Shown one piece after another: positions 28,885 to 38,786 of a stretch of DNA of 64,000 nt. The notes below the pieces were generated by a model. The model was given only the letters and a program-made list of their open reading frames with translations, was not told the DNA's origin and did not search any database. Both the position numbers and the translations under genes were made by a program. The stretch lies in assembly GCA_009991965.1 (NCBI GenBank), contig JAACWQ010000006.1:7174-71173 (forward strand), written 5' to 3'. The number at the start of each line of letters is the position of its first letter. Within the stretch, counting starts at the first letter, position 1. This DNA comes from Minisyncoccota bacterium (GTDB taxonomy: Bacteria; Patescibacteriota; Microgenomatia; UBA1400; PJMF01).

Positions 28885-30626
28885 AAAAAAATCACCATTC
28901 CTCGCATTGGCGAGGAAGAATTGTATTGTCAATTATATTTGTTTGCTCAGCCAGCGTAATTTTGCGACTGTTTTTTTTGCAAGTGATTTCCAGCGATGAA
29001 TTAACCGCACGAGCCGAAAAGCAATATCGCCAAAAAGTTAACAATGTTGGTAGTCGCGGCAATTTATATTTTTCTGATGGTTCACTGCTCGTTGGCAATC
29101 AAACTGTATATCGACTTTTTGCAGAGCCAATCCTCTTTGACAGACCGTCTGCAGAAGTTGCACAGATACTCGGGCAAATACTCATTTCCGATAGCGAACA
29201 GTATGAATCTGCAACGAGTAGCGCTCGCGTCGAACTTGAGGAAAACCTGACGGCAGATCTCGAAACTAAGCTGAGCGCAGAGAACAAAACATGGATTGGA
29301 CTGCGCGAAAGAATTAGCGAGTCTATTAAACAAGAAATTGAGCGAAAAAAAATCCCCGGCATTGGATTCGATGAGTACGAAGTGCGGTACTACCCCGAAG
29401 CTTCAATGGCCGCGCAGCTCACTGGCTTTATTGGAAAAACAGAAGCAGGTGAAGACATTGGTTATTTTGGAATTGAAGGTGCGCTAGAAAAAGAATTACA
29501 ACCGCAACGAGTACAGCGACAAGTGGTACGAGATGCATTAGGAGGAAAACTCTTTTCCGAAAAAGAAGAGTTCGTCTCGCTCAATGGACGTGACGTAACA
29601 ACTACTATAGACAGAGATATTCAAAGAATTCTAGAGCGAGAATTGCAGTTGGGCATACAACGCTACGAGGCACTCGGTGGTGAGGCAATCGCATATGAAC
29701 CAAAAACAGGTCGAATTCTTGGAATTGCAGCAGCCCCTACTTTTGCTCAAGAAAAGTTTTATCTCTATGACCCTGAGTCATATAAAAATCCTGCTCTGAC
29801 CGAACTCTATGAACCTGGCTCAACTTTTAAAATACTCACAGTGGCGGCGGGACTCGACACCGGAAAAATAACCCCAGAAACTACTTGCGACACTTGCACA
29901 GGACCAAGACAATTTGGCTCATACACAATCAGAACGTGGAACGACGAGTACCATCCAAACACGACAATGAGTGATGCGCTGGCCCGTTCTGACAACACTG
30001 CGATGATTTTTATCAGTGAAAAACTTGGAAATGAGACATTTGTAGAATATCTAAAAAAGTTTGGTATTGGAAAAGAGCTTGGTGCAGATTTGCAAGGAGA
30101 CCGTGACACACCATTTCCAACCAGTTGGCGACCAGTCGAAACGGCCACCAGATCGTTTGGACAGGGAATCACTGTTTCGAGCCTCCAGCTCGTTCGCGCC
30201 GTGGCAGCGGTTGCCAACAATGGCGAGTTACTGCGACCGCAAATCATTAGCTCCGTTTTTGATTCAGTCGAAGGAAAAACACACACTGTACAACCAGTTG
30301 TTGAGGAACGAGTCATGAGCACAGCATCCGCTCAAACACTGCAAGACATGCTTGTGTACGCTGCGGAACATGGCGAAGCACAATGGACCTACTCAAAAAA
30401 AATTCCAGTAGCTGGAAAAACTGGAACCTCACAGGTCGCAGAGGAAGGTGGTTATAAAGAGGACGCGACGATCGTGAGCTTCATAGGTTTTTCTCCGCCA
30501 CACGATCCAGATTTTCTGCTTTTTGTAAAACTGCAGGAACCAGGCACTTCGCCTTGGGCAGCTGAAACCGCAGCTCCGCTCTGGTTTCGGATGGCAGAAC
30601 AGATCTCGCTTAGTTTGCGCCAGTAA
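28881..30626 (+). CDS. ftsI: Class B penicillin-binding protein (FtsI-like)
   Basis: RG..Y, RYYP, EPGSTFK (SxxK), SDN (SxN), GKTGT. Confidence 0.9.
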   Translation: MKKNHHSSHWRGRIVLSIIFVCSASVILRLFFLQVISSDELTARAEKQYRQKVNNVGSRGNLYFSDGSLLVGNQTVYRLFAEPILFDRPSAEVAQILGQILISDSEQYESATSSARVELEENLTADLETKLSAENKTWIGLRERISESIKQEIERKKIPGIGFDEYEVRYYPEASMAAQLTGFIGKTEAGEDIGYFGIEGALEKELQPQRVQRQVVRDALGGKLFSEKEEFVSLNGRDVTTTIDRDIQRILERELQLGIQRYEALGGEAIAYEPKTGRILGIAAAPTFAQEKFYLYDPESYKNPALTELYEPGSTFKILTVAAGLDTGKITPETTCDTCTGPRQFGSYTIRTWNDEYHPNTTMSDALARSDNTAMIFISEKLGNETFVEYLKKFGIGKELGADLQGDRDTPFPTSWRPVETATRSFGQGITVSSLQLVRAVAAVANNGELLRPQIISSVFDSVEGKTHTVQPVVEERVMSTASAQTLQDMLVYAAEHGEAQWTYSKKIPVAGKTGTSQVAEEGGYKEDATIVSFIGFSPPHDPDFLLFVKLQEPGTSPWAAETAAPLWFRMAEQISLSLRQ

Positions 30627-30644
30627 GTGCTTTATAATAATGAC

Positions 30645-31862
30645 ATGCTAGCGCAAGCTCTCTACTTCCTCAAACGCCCATTTCACTTTGTAAAAACGGG
30701 CTTGCTCCAGGGTTTACGCGCACAACTGGCAACAAAATTTCCAGAAAAAAAACTGAAAATCATTGCCATCACTGGTACTGACGGCAAAACAACCACCTCA
30801 ACACTTTTACAACACGTACTTGTCACGGCAAAATATAAATCTGGACTTGTCAGCACAATTGGATTTTTTATGGGCAAGCAACCAAATGATTCTGGCCTAC
30901 ACGTCACTGCACCCCAACCAAAAGACCTCTATGCGTTCATGAAGCAGCTTGTTGAAAAAAAATATGAGCACCTGGTTCTCGAAACCACTTCTCATGGAAT
31001 ATACCAATTTCGCACCTGGGGAATTCGACCTGAAATTGCTGCAATTACCAATATTGACCGCGAACATCTCGATTATCATCTCACGTACGAAAACTATGTA
31101 GCGGCCAAAGCGTTGCTGCTCAAAAAAGCAAAAAGCGTCGTCCTAAATGCTGATGATCAATCTTTTCCGTTACTTACGAAGCTGATTTCTGGCAAAGATA
31201 TACAAACTTTTTCTGCAAGTGACCGCTTGCCACCAGGTGTCTCCAAAGCCATCGCAGCTCGATTTCCAGAGCTATATAACCAGCAAAACGCTCGTCTTGT
31301 TTTCCAAATTACTCAGCAGCTCGGAATTTCAAAAGAAACATTCATAGCGGCAGTAACCACTTTTGTGCATGCTCCCGGCAGAATGCAGTGGCTTGACCTA
31401 GGGAAACCATACAAAGTGCTGATCGATTTTGCGCACACACCTCAGGGCATCGAAGCTGTTCTCACTACGCTCAAGAAGCAGCAGGCAGTAAAGAAAAAAC
31501 AGGGAAGAGTCATTGTGGTCTTTGGCTGTGCCGGATTGCGCGACAGAGACAAGCGTCCCGTCATGGGAAAAATTGCTACTGATCTGGCAGACCTTGCAAT
31601 ATTCACCGCAGAAGATCCGCGTACAGAAGATAAATGGTCAATTATTCGACAAATGAAAGAACAATTACGTAGTAATCACGATAAAGTTGTATCTATTGCA
31701 GACAGGGGGGAAGCTATCCAATTTGCGTTGGATGCAGCTCAGCCAGGAGACATAGTTGCCATTCTTGGTAAAGGCCATGAACAAAGTATGAGTTACGGAA
31801 CAGAAGAAATTCCTTGGGACGATGTTCGGATTACAACTAAGCTCGCCAAAAATCAAACATGA
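30645..31862 (+). CDS. murE: MurE ligase (short, lacks N-terminal domain)
   Basis: ITGTDGKTTT, LETTSHG, EHLDYH, DFAHTP, KRPVMG, EDPR, GKGHE. Confidence 0.9.
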   Translation: MLAQALYFLKRPFHFVKTGLLQGLRAQLATKFPEKKLKIIAITGTDGKTTTSTLLQHVLVTAKYKSGLVSTIGFFMGKQPNDSGLHVTAPQPKDLYAFMKQLVEKKYEHLVLETTSHGIYQFRTWGIRPEIAAITNIDREHLDYHLTYENYVAAKALLLKKAKSVVLNADDQSFPLLTKLISGKDIQTFSASDRLPPGVSKAIAARFPELYNQQNARLVFQITQQLGISKETFIAAVTTFVHAPGRMQWLDLGKPYKVLIDFAHTPQGIEAVLTTLKKQQAVKKKQGRVIVVFGCAGLRDRDKRPVMGKIATDLADLAIFTAEDPRTEDKWSIIRQMKEQLRSNHDKVVSIADRGEAIQFALDAAQPGDIVAILGKGHEQSMSYGTEEIPWDDVRITTKLAKNQT

Positions 31863-32839
31863 GAGACAAATCTGTCGTTGTGATCGGTGGCGGAACAGGA
31901 ATTTATCCCGTTGTAACTGCACTCAAAAAGTTACCTGTCAAAATAACTACGATTATTGCGGTCTCAGACTCCGGTGGCTCGACGGGCAGAATTAGAGACG
32001 AATTCGGATTTCCACCAGTCGGGGACTTGCGCCAATCTTTGGCAGCACTCGCAAACACCGACAGCCAAAAAGCCCTGCAACAATTGTTGCTCTACCGATT
32101 TGAAAAAGGGAGTGGTCTCAAGGGGCATAATCTTGGAAATCTGATTCTGACTGCTTTACAAGATACGTATGCCTCTACTACCAAAGCGCTCGAGGTAGCG
32201 CAACAAATTTTCCGCATTCAAGGAACTGTGATTCCTAGTACAGAATCTGCGGTCAACTTAGCAATCACCTATACCGACGGTACAACTGTGGTTGGTGAAC
32301 ATATATTAGATGCAGTGACGGCGCAACCAAAAAAAATCTTATCTGTTGCCCTCACTCCCAACTGTCAACTCAACCCCGCAGCCGCAGCCGCAATACAACA
32401 AGCAGATCTCGTCATAATTGGACCAGGAGATCTCTATGCGAGCTTGCTTGCCGTTTTGGTAACCCCAGGTCTATCTCAAGCACTTAAAAAATCAAAAGCT
32501 CCAATCGCGTACTTTCTCAACCTGATGACCCGGCACTCACAAACGCACGATATGACCGCAAAAGACCACGTTGCGGAAATAGAACGCACGCTCGGATTTC
32601 CGCTCACCCATATACTTGTGAACTCAGATCCAATCGAAACAAAGTTACTCGCTGCCTACGCAGCACAAAGTGAATTTCCTGTGGTCAATAATTTGCTGCA
32701 AGACGCGAGGATCATCGAGAGTCCGTTGCTACAAAAAACTATTCATCAACAATCGGAAGTGGACGCAGTTCACCGAGCATTGTTACGCCATAGTAGTAAA
32801 AAAATTCTGCCTGTGCTTAAATCACTCATAGCATCATGA
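31859..32839 (+). CDS. yvcK: YvcK/GlmR (CofD-like, UDP-GlcNAc-binding) protein
   Basis: VIGGGTG, DSGGSTGRIR, GDLR, GHNLGNL, GPGDLYAS. Confidence 0.9.
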   Translation: MRDKSVVVIGGGTGIYPVVTALKKLPVKITTIIAVSDSGGSTGRIRDEFGFPPVGDLRQSLAALANTDSQKALQQLLLYRFEKGSGLKGHNLGNLILTALQDTYASTTKALEVAQQIFRIQGTVIPSTESAVNLAITYTDGTTVVGEHILDAVTAQPKKILSVALTPNCQLNPAAAAAIQQADLVIIGPGDLYASLLAVLVTPGLSQALKKSKAPIAYFLNLMTRHSQTHDMTAKDHVAEIERTLGFPLTHILVNSDPIETKLLAAYAAQSEFPVVNNLLQDARIIESPLLQKTIHQQSEVDAVHRALLRHSSKKILPVLKSLIAS

Positions 32840-34242
32840 CAAATTTCCCTTACAAACAGGTACATCTTGTTGGCATCAAAGGCGTTGCTATGACAGCGCT
32901 CGCACAGTTGTTGCGAGATTATGACGTGCAGGTGACTGGTAGCGATCTCACAAATAATTTTGTTACCAAAAGTGCGTTGGATAAACTAGATCTTGTCATT
33001 CAAACGTCATTCGCTGAGCCGTTACCAGGGGGAACTGACTGCATTATTTATACCGCTGCGCATCAATCGATTAACAACATGCAAGTGCAAGCAGCACTGG
33101 CAGCAGGCATTCCAATATTTTCCCATGCAGAAGCACTAGGTATGTTCTTTGACCAAAAAAATGGTGTAGCTGTTTGCGGCGTCGGTGGCAAATCGACTAC
33201 TACAGCGATGATCACCTGGATTTTGGAAAAACTCGAGCAGCATCCTTCATATGCAGTTGGCGTCGGCAGCATCCTTGGTCTCGAGAATACTGGCAAATTT
33301 TCTCCCGAGGGCACAACCTTTGTCGCGGAAGCCGATGAATATGTCACTGACCCAACAGAGCAAAACCCAAAACTGCGAGTTGCGCGTTTTTCTTATTTGC
33401 ACCCGAGCATCACCGTTTGCACCAATATTTTGCACGACCACCCAGATGTGTATGCTGAGGAATCGGACACGCTCGCTGTCTTTAATACATTTTTTGCACA
33501 AATGAAAAATCCGAGTACGCTCATCATCAACTCACAATCGCTCGCTGCAGTTTCTGCTCCTGTCGAGCACATACTCACCTATGGCACACGACCAGAAGAT
33601 ACATTCCGGCTGCGAGAAAATTTGACAGTCAAAGACAAACAAGCCACCACAACACTTGAATATCAGGGAACCGCATACTCACTCGTCCTCGGAGTTCCTG
33701 GGTTTTTTAATATGCTCAATGCAACTGCGGCTATCGCAGCATGTGTGTCACTTGGCCTTTCCATCGAGGACTCCATCGCAGCAATCCGCACATTTGCCTC
33801 AACCCAACGACGGTTTGAAAACAAAGGCCTGGTTCACGGCGTTCAGTACTACGATGACTACGCCCACCACCCAGCAGAAATCACTGCAACGATTGTGGCG
33901 GCGAAAGAGTGGGAACCAAATAAGCGCATTGTTTTTGCCTTTCAGCCACACACCTACTCTAGAACTAAAAAATTATTTACAGAATTTGTATCTGCGCTAT
34001 CACTTGCTGATGAAGTGCTGTTATTGCCTATTTATGCCTCAGCACGAGAACAAAGTGATACCACTATTTCGAGTGACATGCTCAAAACTGCAATCGGAAA
34101 AAAACGACAGCTCAAAACATTAGAGGTCTTGCCAGACGTATCAAAACTAGCAGAGTGGTGCAAAACAAACCTCTTAGCAGGCGACGTCTGTATCACACTA
34201 GGAGCCGGAGATATTTATCTGGTTCATGAATTGCTACAATGA
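32836..34242 (+). CDS. murC: UDP-N-acetylmuramate--L-alanine ligase
   Basis: GIKGVAMTALA, GKSTTT, EADEY, DHPD, RRFE, DDYAHHP, FQPHTYSRT, GAGD. Confidence 0.95.
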   Translation: MTNFPYKQVHLVGIKGVAMTALAQLLRDYDVQVTGSDLTNNFVTKSALDKLDLVIQTSFAEPLPGGTDCIIYTAAHQSINNMQVQAALAAGIPIFSHAEALGMFFDQKNGVAVCGVGGKSTTTAMITWILEKLEQHPSYAVGVGSILGLENTGKFSPEGTTFVAEADEYVTDPTEQNPKLRVARFSYLHPSITVCTNILHDHPDVYAEESDTLAVFNTFFAQMKNPSTLIINSQSLAAVSAPVEHILTYGTRPEDTFRLRENLTVKDKQATTTLEYQGTAYSLVLGVPGFFNMLNATAAIAACVSLGLSIEDSIAAIRTFASTQRRFENKGLVHGVQYYDDYAHHPAEITATIVAAKEWEPNKRIVFAFQPHTYSRTKKLFTEFVSALSLADEVLLLPIYASAREQSDTTISSDMLKTAIGKKRQLKTLEVLPDVSKLAEWCKTNLLAGDVCITLGAGDIYLVHELLQ

Positions 34243-34246
34243 CATC

Positions 34247-35320
34247 ATGAACTCCTGGAAAACACAACTCATTCAGACCTGTCCCGATACTACTTTTCGC
34301 GAAAATGAATCGCTGGCACACCATACAACGGTAGGCATTGGTGGACCTGCGGAACTATTTTGTATTGTTACCTCAAAAGATGAATGTACCAAGGTACTGC
34401 AAGCTGCTGTGGGTCTAAAAATTCCCACCACCGTGCTCGGCTGGGGCGCCAACACACTGATTGCAGATCGAGGTATTGCTGGTTTGGTTATCAAAAATAC
34501 TGCCAGCGAAATACGGGTGCTCACCGAACAGCCAACGGCCAGCTCAGCGACAGCGATCGACGCTCGATGGAAAGCAGCCACCTCAGATTCTAGAATGCCA
34601 CAGTTTCAAGACATAGATTATGACGAAAATGATGCAGAACGAGTGGTTGTAGACGTTGACGCTGGCGCAGCGCTACCAGTACTTATTCAGCAGCTAGTGC
34701 AACGAGGTATCACCGGACTGCAGTGGTTTACCAAAATTCCCGCATCTCTGGGTGGGGCAGTGGTAAATAATATCCACGGCGGAACTCATTATATTTCAGA
34801 GTTTATAGCGTCTGTCACTGTGCTTGATGCGTCTGGAACGACACAAACACTTTCTGCCGACCAGCTTGAATTTGGCTATGACTACTCAAGATTTCATCAT
34901 TCTAACGAGTTTATTTTGTCTGTTCGACTCCAACTATTTAGAGGTGACCAACAACGGGCGCAGCAAGTCATAACAGATTGGTCAAGACAAAAGCAGAAAC
35001 AGCCGGCCCGCTCGCTTGGTTGTGTCTTTCAAAATATTTCAGTCGAAGAGCAAGCGCAACTCTCACTGCCAACCCCAAGCATTGGTTACCTGGTTGATCA
35101 AAAATTACACCTGGCTGGACTACGAATTGGTGACGCCGAGATTTCACAGCAACACGCGGCTTTTATCGTAAATACTGGAGCGGCAACTGCTACCGATTAC
35201 CTCGAGTTATTAAAACGCATTCATGCAGCGGTCAAGGTAAAATTTGGCATTTCACTCAAACCAGAAATATTTTTTAAAGGATTTAAACCCGAAGAACTAG
35301 CATTCATAACTCAGTTATAA
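34247..35320 (+). CDS. murB: UDP-N-acetylenolpyruvoylglucosamine reductase
   Basis: HTTVGIGGPA, LGWGANTL, IPASLGGA, QP..SLGCVFQN, HAAFIVN, LKPEI; TGcTACAAT 6 nt before ATG. Confidence 0.9.
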   Translation: MNSWKTQLIQTCPDTTFRENESLAHHTTVGIGGPAELFCIVTSKDECTKVLQAAVGLKIPTTVLGWGANTLIADRGIAGLVIKNTASEIRVLTEQPTASSATAIDARWKAATSDSRMPQFQDIDYDENDAERVVVDVDAGAALPVLIQQLVQRGITGLQWFTKIPASLGGAVVNNIHGGTHYISEFIASVTVLDASGTTQTLSADQLEFGYDYSRFHHSNEFILSVRLQLFRGDQQRAQQVITDWSRQKQKQPARSLGCVFQNISVEEQAQLSLPTPSIGYLVDQKLHLAGLRIGDAEISQQHAAFIVNTGAATATDYLELLKRIHAAVKVKFGISLKPEIFFKGFKPEELAFITQL

Positions 35321-36645
35321 TGGAATCTATGAACTCATTTGAAATCGTCGGTGGCAAACCATTATTTGGCTCAGTCAGAATTGGCGGCGCCAAAAACGCT
35401 TCATATAAACTCATGCTCGCGGCGCTACTCGGGGATACACCCTCAAGAATTCTGAACTTCTCCCATATTCAAGACGTAACCACAGTTGGCAACATTATTA
35501 CTTCGCTCGGTGGAGAAGTGAAAAAAGTTGGAGAACGAGCACTGGTAATCGACCCGAGTGGTATGGATTCATTTGAACTCTCAAATACTGTCGGCGAAGA
35601 AGGTCGATTTTCAAGCATGTTTATCGCACCACTCCTTGCTCGATTTGGCAAAGCAATCGTACCCATGCCGGGTGGAGATAAGATTGGCAAGCGACCACTC
35701 GATTGGCACTTTGATGGCCTGCGCGCACTCGGTGCAGATGTGTCGCTAGAAAATGGCATATTTTTTGCTCAAGCAGAAAAATTGTATGGAGCAAACTATC
35801 GTTTTCACAAAAATACACACACAGGAACCGAAACAATTATTCTTGCCGCGGTGCTCGCCGAAGGAACAACAAGATTGGAAAATGTCTCCGAAGAACCCGA
35901 AGTTGATGATCTTATAGAGTTTCTTATTGAAATGGGCGCAAAAATATCTCGTCCAGAACACAGAGTAATTGAAATTATCGGGGTAGAAAAACTAAACGGC
36001 GCCATTCACAAATTGATGCCAGATCGCAATGAAGCTGTCAGTTACGCATGTGCTGCAATTGCCACAGAGGGTGACATTATCATTGAGAATGCAAATTCAG
36101 AACATCTCACTTCGTTTTTGGCAAAACTCGACGAAATTGGCGCGGGTTTTGAAGTTGGCCAATATGGCATTCGTTTTTTTTATAAAGGTCCTCTCAAGGC
36201 GACCGATGTAACAACCGCACAAGCACCAGGTTTTATGACTGACTGGCAGCCGCTGTGGGCAACCCTGATGACGCAAGCCGTTGGCACCAGTACTATTCAC
36301 GAGACAATTTACCAGAGTCGCTTCCAATACGTCAAAGAACTCCAAGCAATGGGGGCACATATTACTGCTTTTCAACCAGAAGTTGCAAACCCAGTCGAGC
36401 AATATAATTTCGAGTACGAAGAAAGTGACAAAGAAATCCAGCATGCAATCGCGATCTCTGGACCCACACAGCTGCAGGCTGGTGAATTTTCGGTGAAAGA
36501 CCTCCGCCATGGTGCTACCTTGGTTATAGCTGCCCTCATTGCCACTGGCAAAAGTACCATCAGTTCTATTGGACACATTGACCGCGGATATGAATCACTA
36601 GATGAACGACTTCGTTCTCTCGGCGCAGAAATCACCAGAACGTAG
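35320..36645 (+). CDS. murA: UDP-N-acetylglucosamine 1-carboxyvinyltransferase
   Basis: GAKNA, PGGDKIGKRP, EPEV, PDRNEA, PGFMTD, DLRHG, IDRGYE. Confidence 0.95.
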   Translation: MESMNSFEIVGGKPLFGSVRIGGAKNASYKLMLAALLGDTPSRILNFSHIQDVTTVGNIITSLGGEVKKVGERALVIDPSGMDSFELSNTVGEEGRFSSMFIAPLLARFGKAIVPMPGGDKIGKRPLDWHFDGLRALGADVSLENGIFFAQAEKLYGANYRFHKNTHTGTETIILAAVLAEGTTRLENVSEEPEVDDLIEFLIEMGAKISRPEHRVIEIIGVEKLNGAIHKLMPDRNEAVSYACAAIATEGDIIIENANSEHLTSFLAKLDEIGAGFEVGQYGIRFFYKGPLKATDVTTAQAPGFMTDWQPLWATLMTQAVGTSTIHETIYQSRFQYVKELQAMGAHITAFQPEVANPVEQYNFEYEESDKEIQHAIAISGPTQLQAGEFSVKDLRHGATLVIAALIATGKSTISSIGHIDRGYESLDERLRSLGAEITRT

Positions 36646-36657
36646 TATCATAAAGGT

Positions 36658-37704
36658 ATGCAATCACTCGGCATCGCGTTTGGCGTTCTCTTATTTTCTT
36701 TCATTGTTACCTCAATTCTCATCATTCCCTTCATCAATCTTTTGTACTCCTGGCGATTTCGCAGGAAGTCACAAATTACTTCCGACATATTTGGCAAATT
36801 AACCCCGATTTTTAATCGTTTCCATGCAAAAAAAGCAGGTGTTCCAATCGGTGGAGGCCTACTTGTCATCCTCGTCGTTTCTGGACTATTTGCAATCATT
36901 TTACCTCTGGTAAAATTCTTTGGGCAAGAGGTTACCAGCGTGCATCGAGATATCACCGCGGAGATTAATATTATTTTCTTTACCTTCATTTCATTTGGCC
37001 TACTTGGCCTCTATGACGACATTAAAAAGTTTTTTCTACTCGAGAAGGAAGGCTTTTTTGGCCTAGGGATGAAACACAAATTTTTCTTAGAGCTCATTCT
37101 TTCACTCATCATCAGTCTGATGCTGTATCAAAACCTTGGGATATCTTTTATCAACATTCCGTTCATCGGCACATTTAATCTCGGGTTACTGTTTGTTCCC
37201 TTCGCTACGTTTACTATTTTGGCGTTTGCAAATGCAGTCAATGTAACCGACGGACTCGACGGACTTGCCTCCGGTTCGCTCATGATTTGTCTCTTTGGGC
37301 TTTGGCTCCTCTCAGCCTCCATTCTCGATATCCCATTATCCTTGTTTATCGCAATTTGGATCGGCTCCCTCATTTCTTTTCTCTACTTCAACGTCTATCC
37401 AGCCAGAATATTCATGGGTGACGTCGGCTCTCTCGCGTTTGGAGCCACGCTTGCTGTTATAGGATTGTTGCTTGGCAAAGTCTTCGCGCTACTCATTATC
37501 GGCTTTATATTTGTACTTGAAATTACAACTTCATTTTTGCAATTGCTGTCAAAACGATTCCGAAAAAAGAAGTTATTTCCAGCCGCTCCCTTTCATCTGA
37601 CACTACAGCAACAAGGATGGGAAGAACCAAAAATTGTACAACGAGCCTGGATTATTCAAATTTTACTCACCATATTTGGTGTTTGGCTCACAGTAGTGAG
37701 ATGA
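36658..37704 (+). CDS. mraY: Phospho-N-acetylmuramoyl-pentapeptide transferase
   Basis: KAGVPIGGG, GLYDD, NAVNVTDGLDGL, IFMGDVGS, APFH. Confidence 0.95.
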   Translation: MQSLGIAFGVLLFSFIVTSILIIPFINLLYSWRFRRKSQITSDIFGKLTPIFNRFHAKKAGVPIGGGLLVILVVSGLFAIILPLVKFFGQEVTSVHRDITAEINIIFFTFISFGLLGLYDDIKKFFLLEKEGFFGLGMKHKFFLELILSLIISLMLYQNLGISFINIPFIGTFNLGLLFVPFATFTILAFANAVNVTDGLDGLASGSLMICLFGLWLLSASILDIPLSLFIAIWIGSLISFLYFNVYPARIFMGDVGSLAFGATLAVIGLLLGKVFALLIIGFIFVLEITTSFLQLLSKRFRKKKLFPAAPFHLTLQQQGWEEPKIVQRAWIIQILLTIFGVWLTVVR

Positions 37705-38786
37705 CGCGAACAAAAATACAACATACGAGTGTTGCGCGCTGGCTTTTTTTGATTACTGGGCTTCTCACTCTCATAGGAATTATCTTTGTGTTTGAAAGCT
37801 CCATAAACGAAAGCTACCGAACCTTTGGCACGCCGTATGCGCTCATTACTCAACAGCTGTTAGGTATTGGTATAGGAGTCGGCGCGTTTATAGCTGCTAG
37901 TCTTATACCGACTACATTTTGGAATCGATTTGGCCCCAGTCTGTACATATTTGGAATACTCTTACTACTACTCGTGTTTGTGCCGGTCGTTGGCCTCAAG
38001 TTGAACGGGGCACGACGCTGGATAAATCTTGGCTTCATGGTTTTGCAACCAGTTGAAATAATGAAGTTTGCGCTTGTAGCTGGTTTCGCTCATTGGTTTG
38101 CAAAAAAACAGCGCATTCGTCCATTTTTGCTGCTGACAGCACTCCCGCTAGGGTTACTTCTTCTGCAGCCAGACCTTGGCTCTACACTGCTACTCAGCAC
38201 TATCGCGGTTGGCATTTTCTTTCTCGCGGGTGGCTCGATAAAAAAACTAGCACTCGTTGGCCTGATCTGCACACCGCTACTGCTTCTCGCTGTGTTTACT
38301 TCTCCATATCGCTTGGACCGCGTCAAAACCTTTTTCAACCCGACGAGTGATCTGCAGGGCACAGGTTTTCATGTCGCACAAATTGCACTCGCATTTGGAC
38401 GTGGCGGTTGGTTTGGTCACGGTATTGGCAACTCACAACAAAAACTCTCATACCTACCTGAATCAAGCACTGACTCAATTTTTGCTATTGTTGGCGAAGA
38501 ACTTGGGTTTGTCGGTGCCTTTGTCATAGTAATACTTTTTTCACTGCTATTTCTCTACCTCTATCGCGCAGCAGCACAGCTCGAATCAAAACCAGAGCAA
38601 CAGCTACTCGTATACGGTATACTCCTCTGGTTTGCGGGGCAAACCTTCTTAAATCTACTTGCCACAGTTGGCCTCATTCCACTGACGGGTGAGCCCTTGC
38701 CATTTTTCTCGTATGGAAGATCGTCTTTGATCATGTTATTGTTTGCCTCAGGCGTGGTAATTCGCGCCGCTCGAGAATCAGCATGA
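37701..38786 (+). CDS. ftsW: SEDS peptidoglycan polymerase FtsW
   Basis: NGARRWI, QPVE, QPDLG, LPESSTDSIF, EELG, PFFSYG; between mraY and murG. Confidence 0.9.
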   Translation: MTRTKIQHTSVARWLFLITGLLTLIGIIFVFESSINESYRTFGTPYALITQQLLGIGIGVGAFIAASLIPTTFWNRFGPSLYIFGILLLLLVFVPVVGLKLNGARRWINLGFMVLQPVEIMKFALVAGFAHWFAKKQRIRPFLLLTALPLGLLLLQPDLGSTLLLSTIAVGIFFLAGGSIKKLALVGLICTPLLLLAVFTSPYRLDRVKTFFNPTSDLQGTGFHVAQIALAFGRGGWFGHGIGNSQQKLSYLPESSTDSIFAIVGEELGFVGAFVIVILFSLLFLYLYRAAAQLESKPEQQLLVYGILLWFAGQTFLNLLATVGLIPLTGEPLPFFSYGRSSLIMLLFASGVVIRAARESA

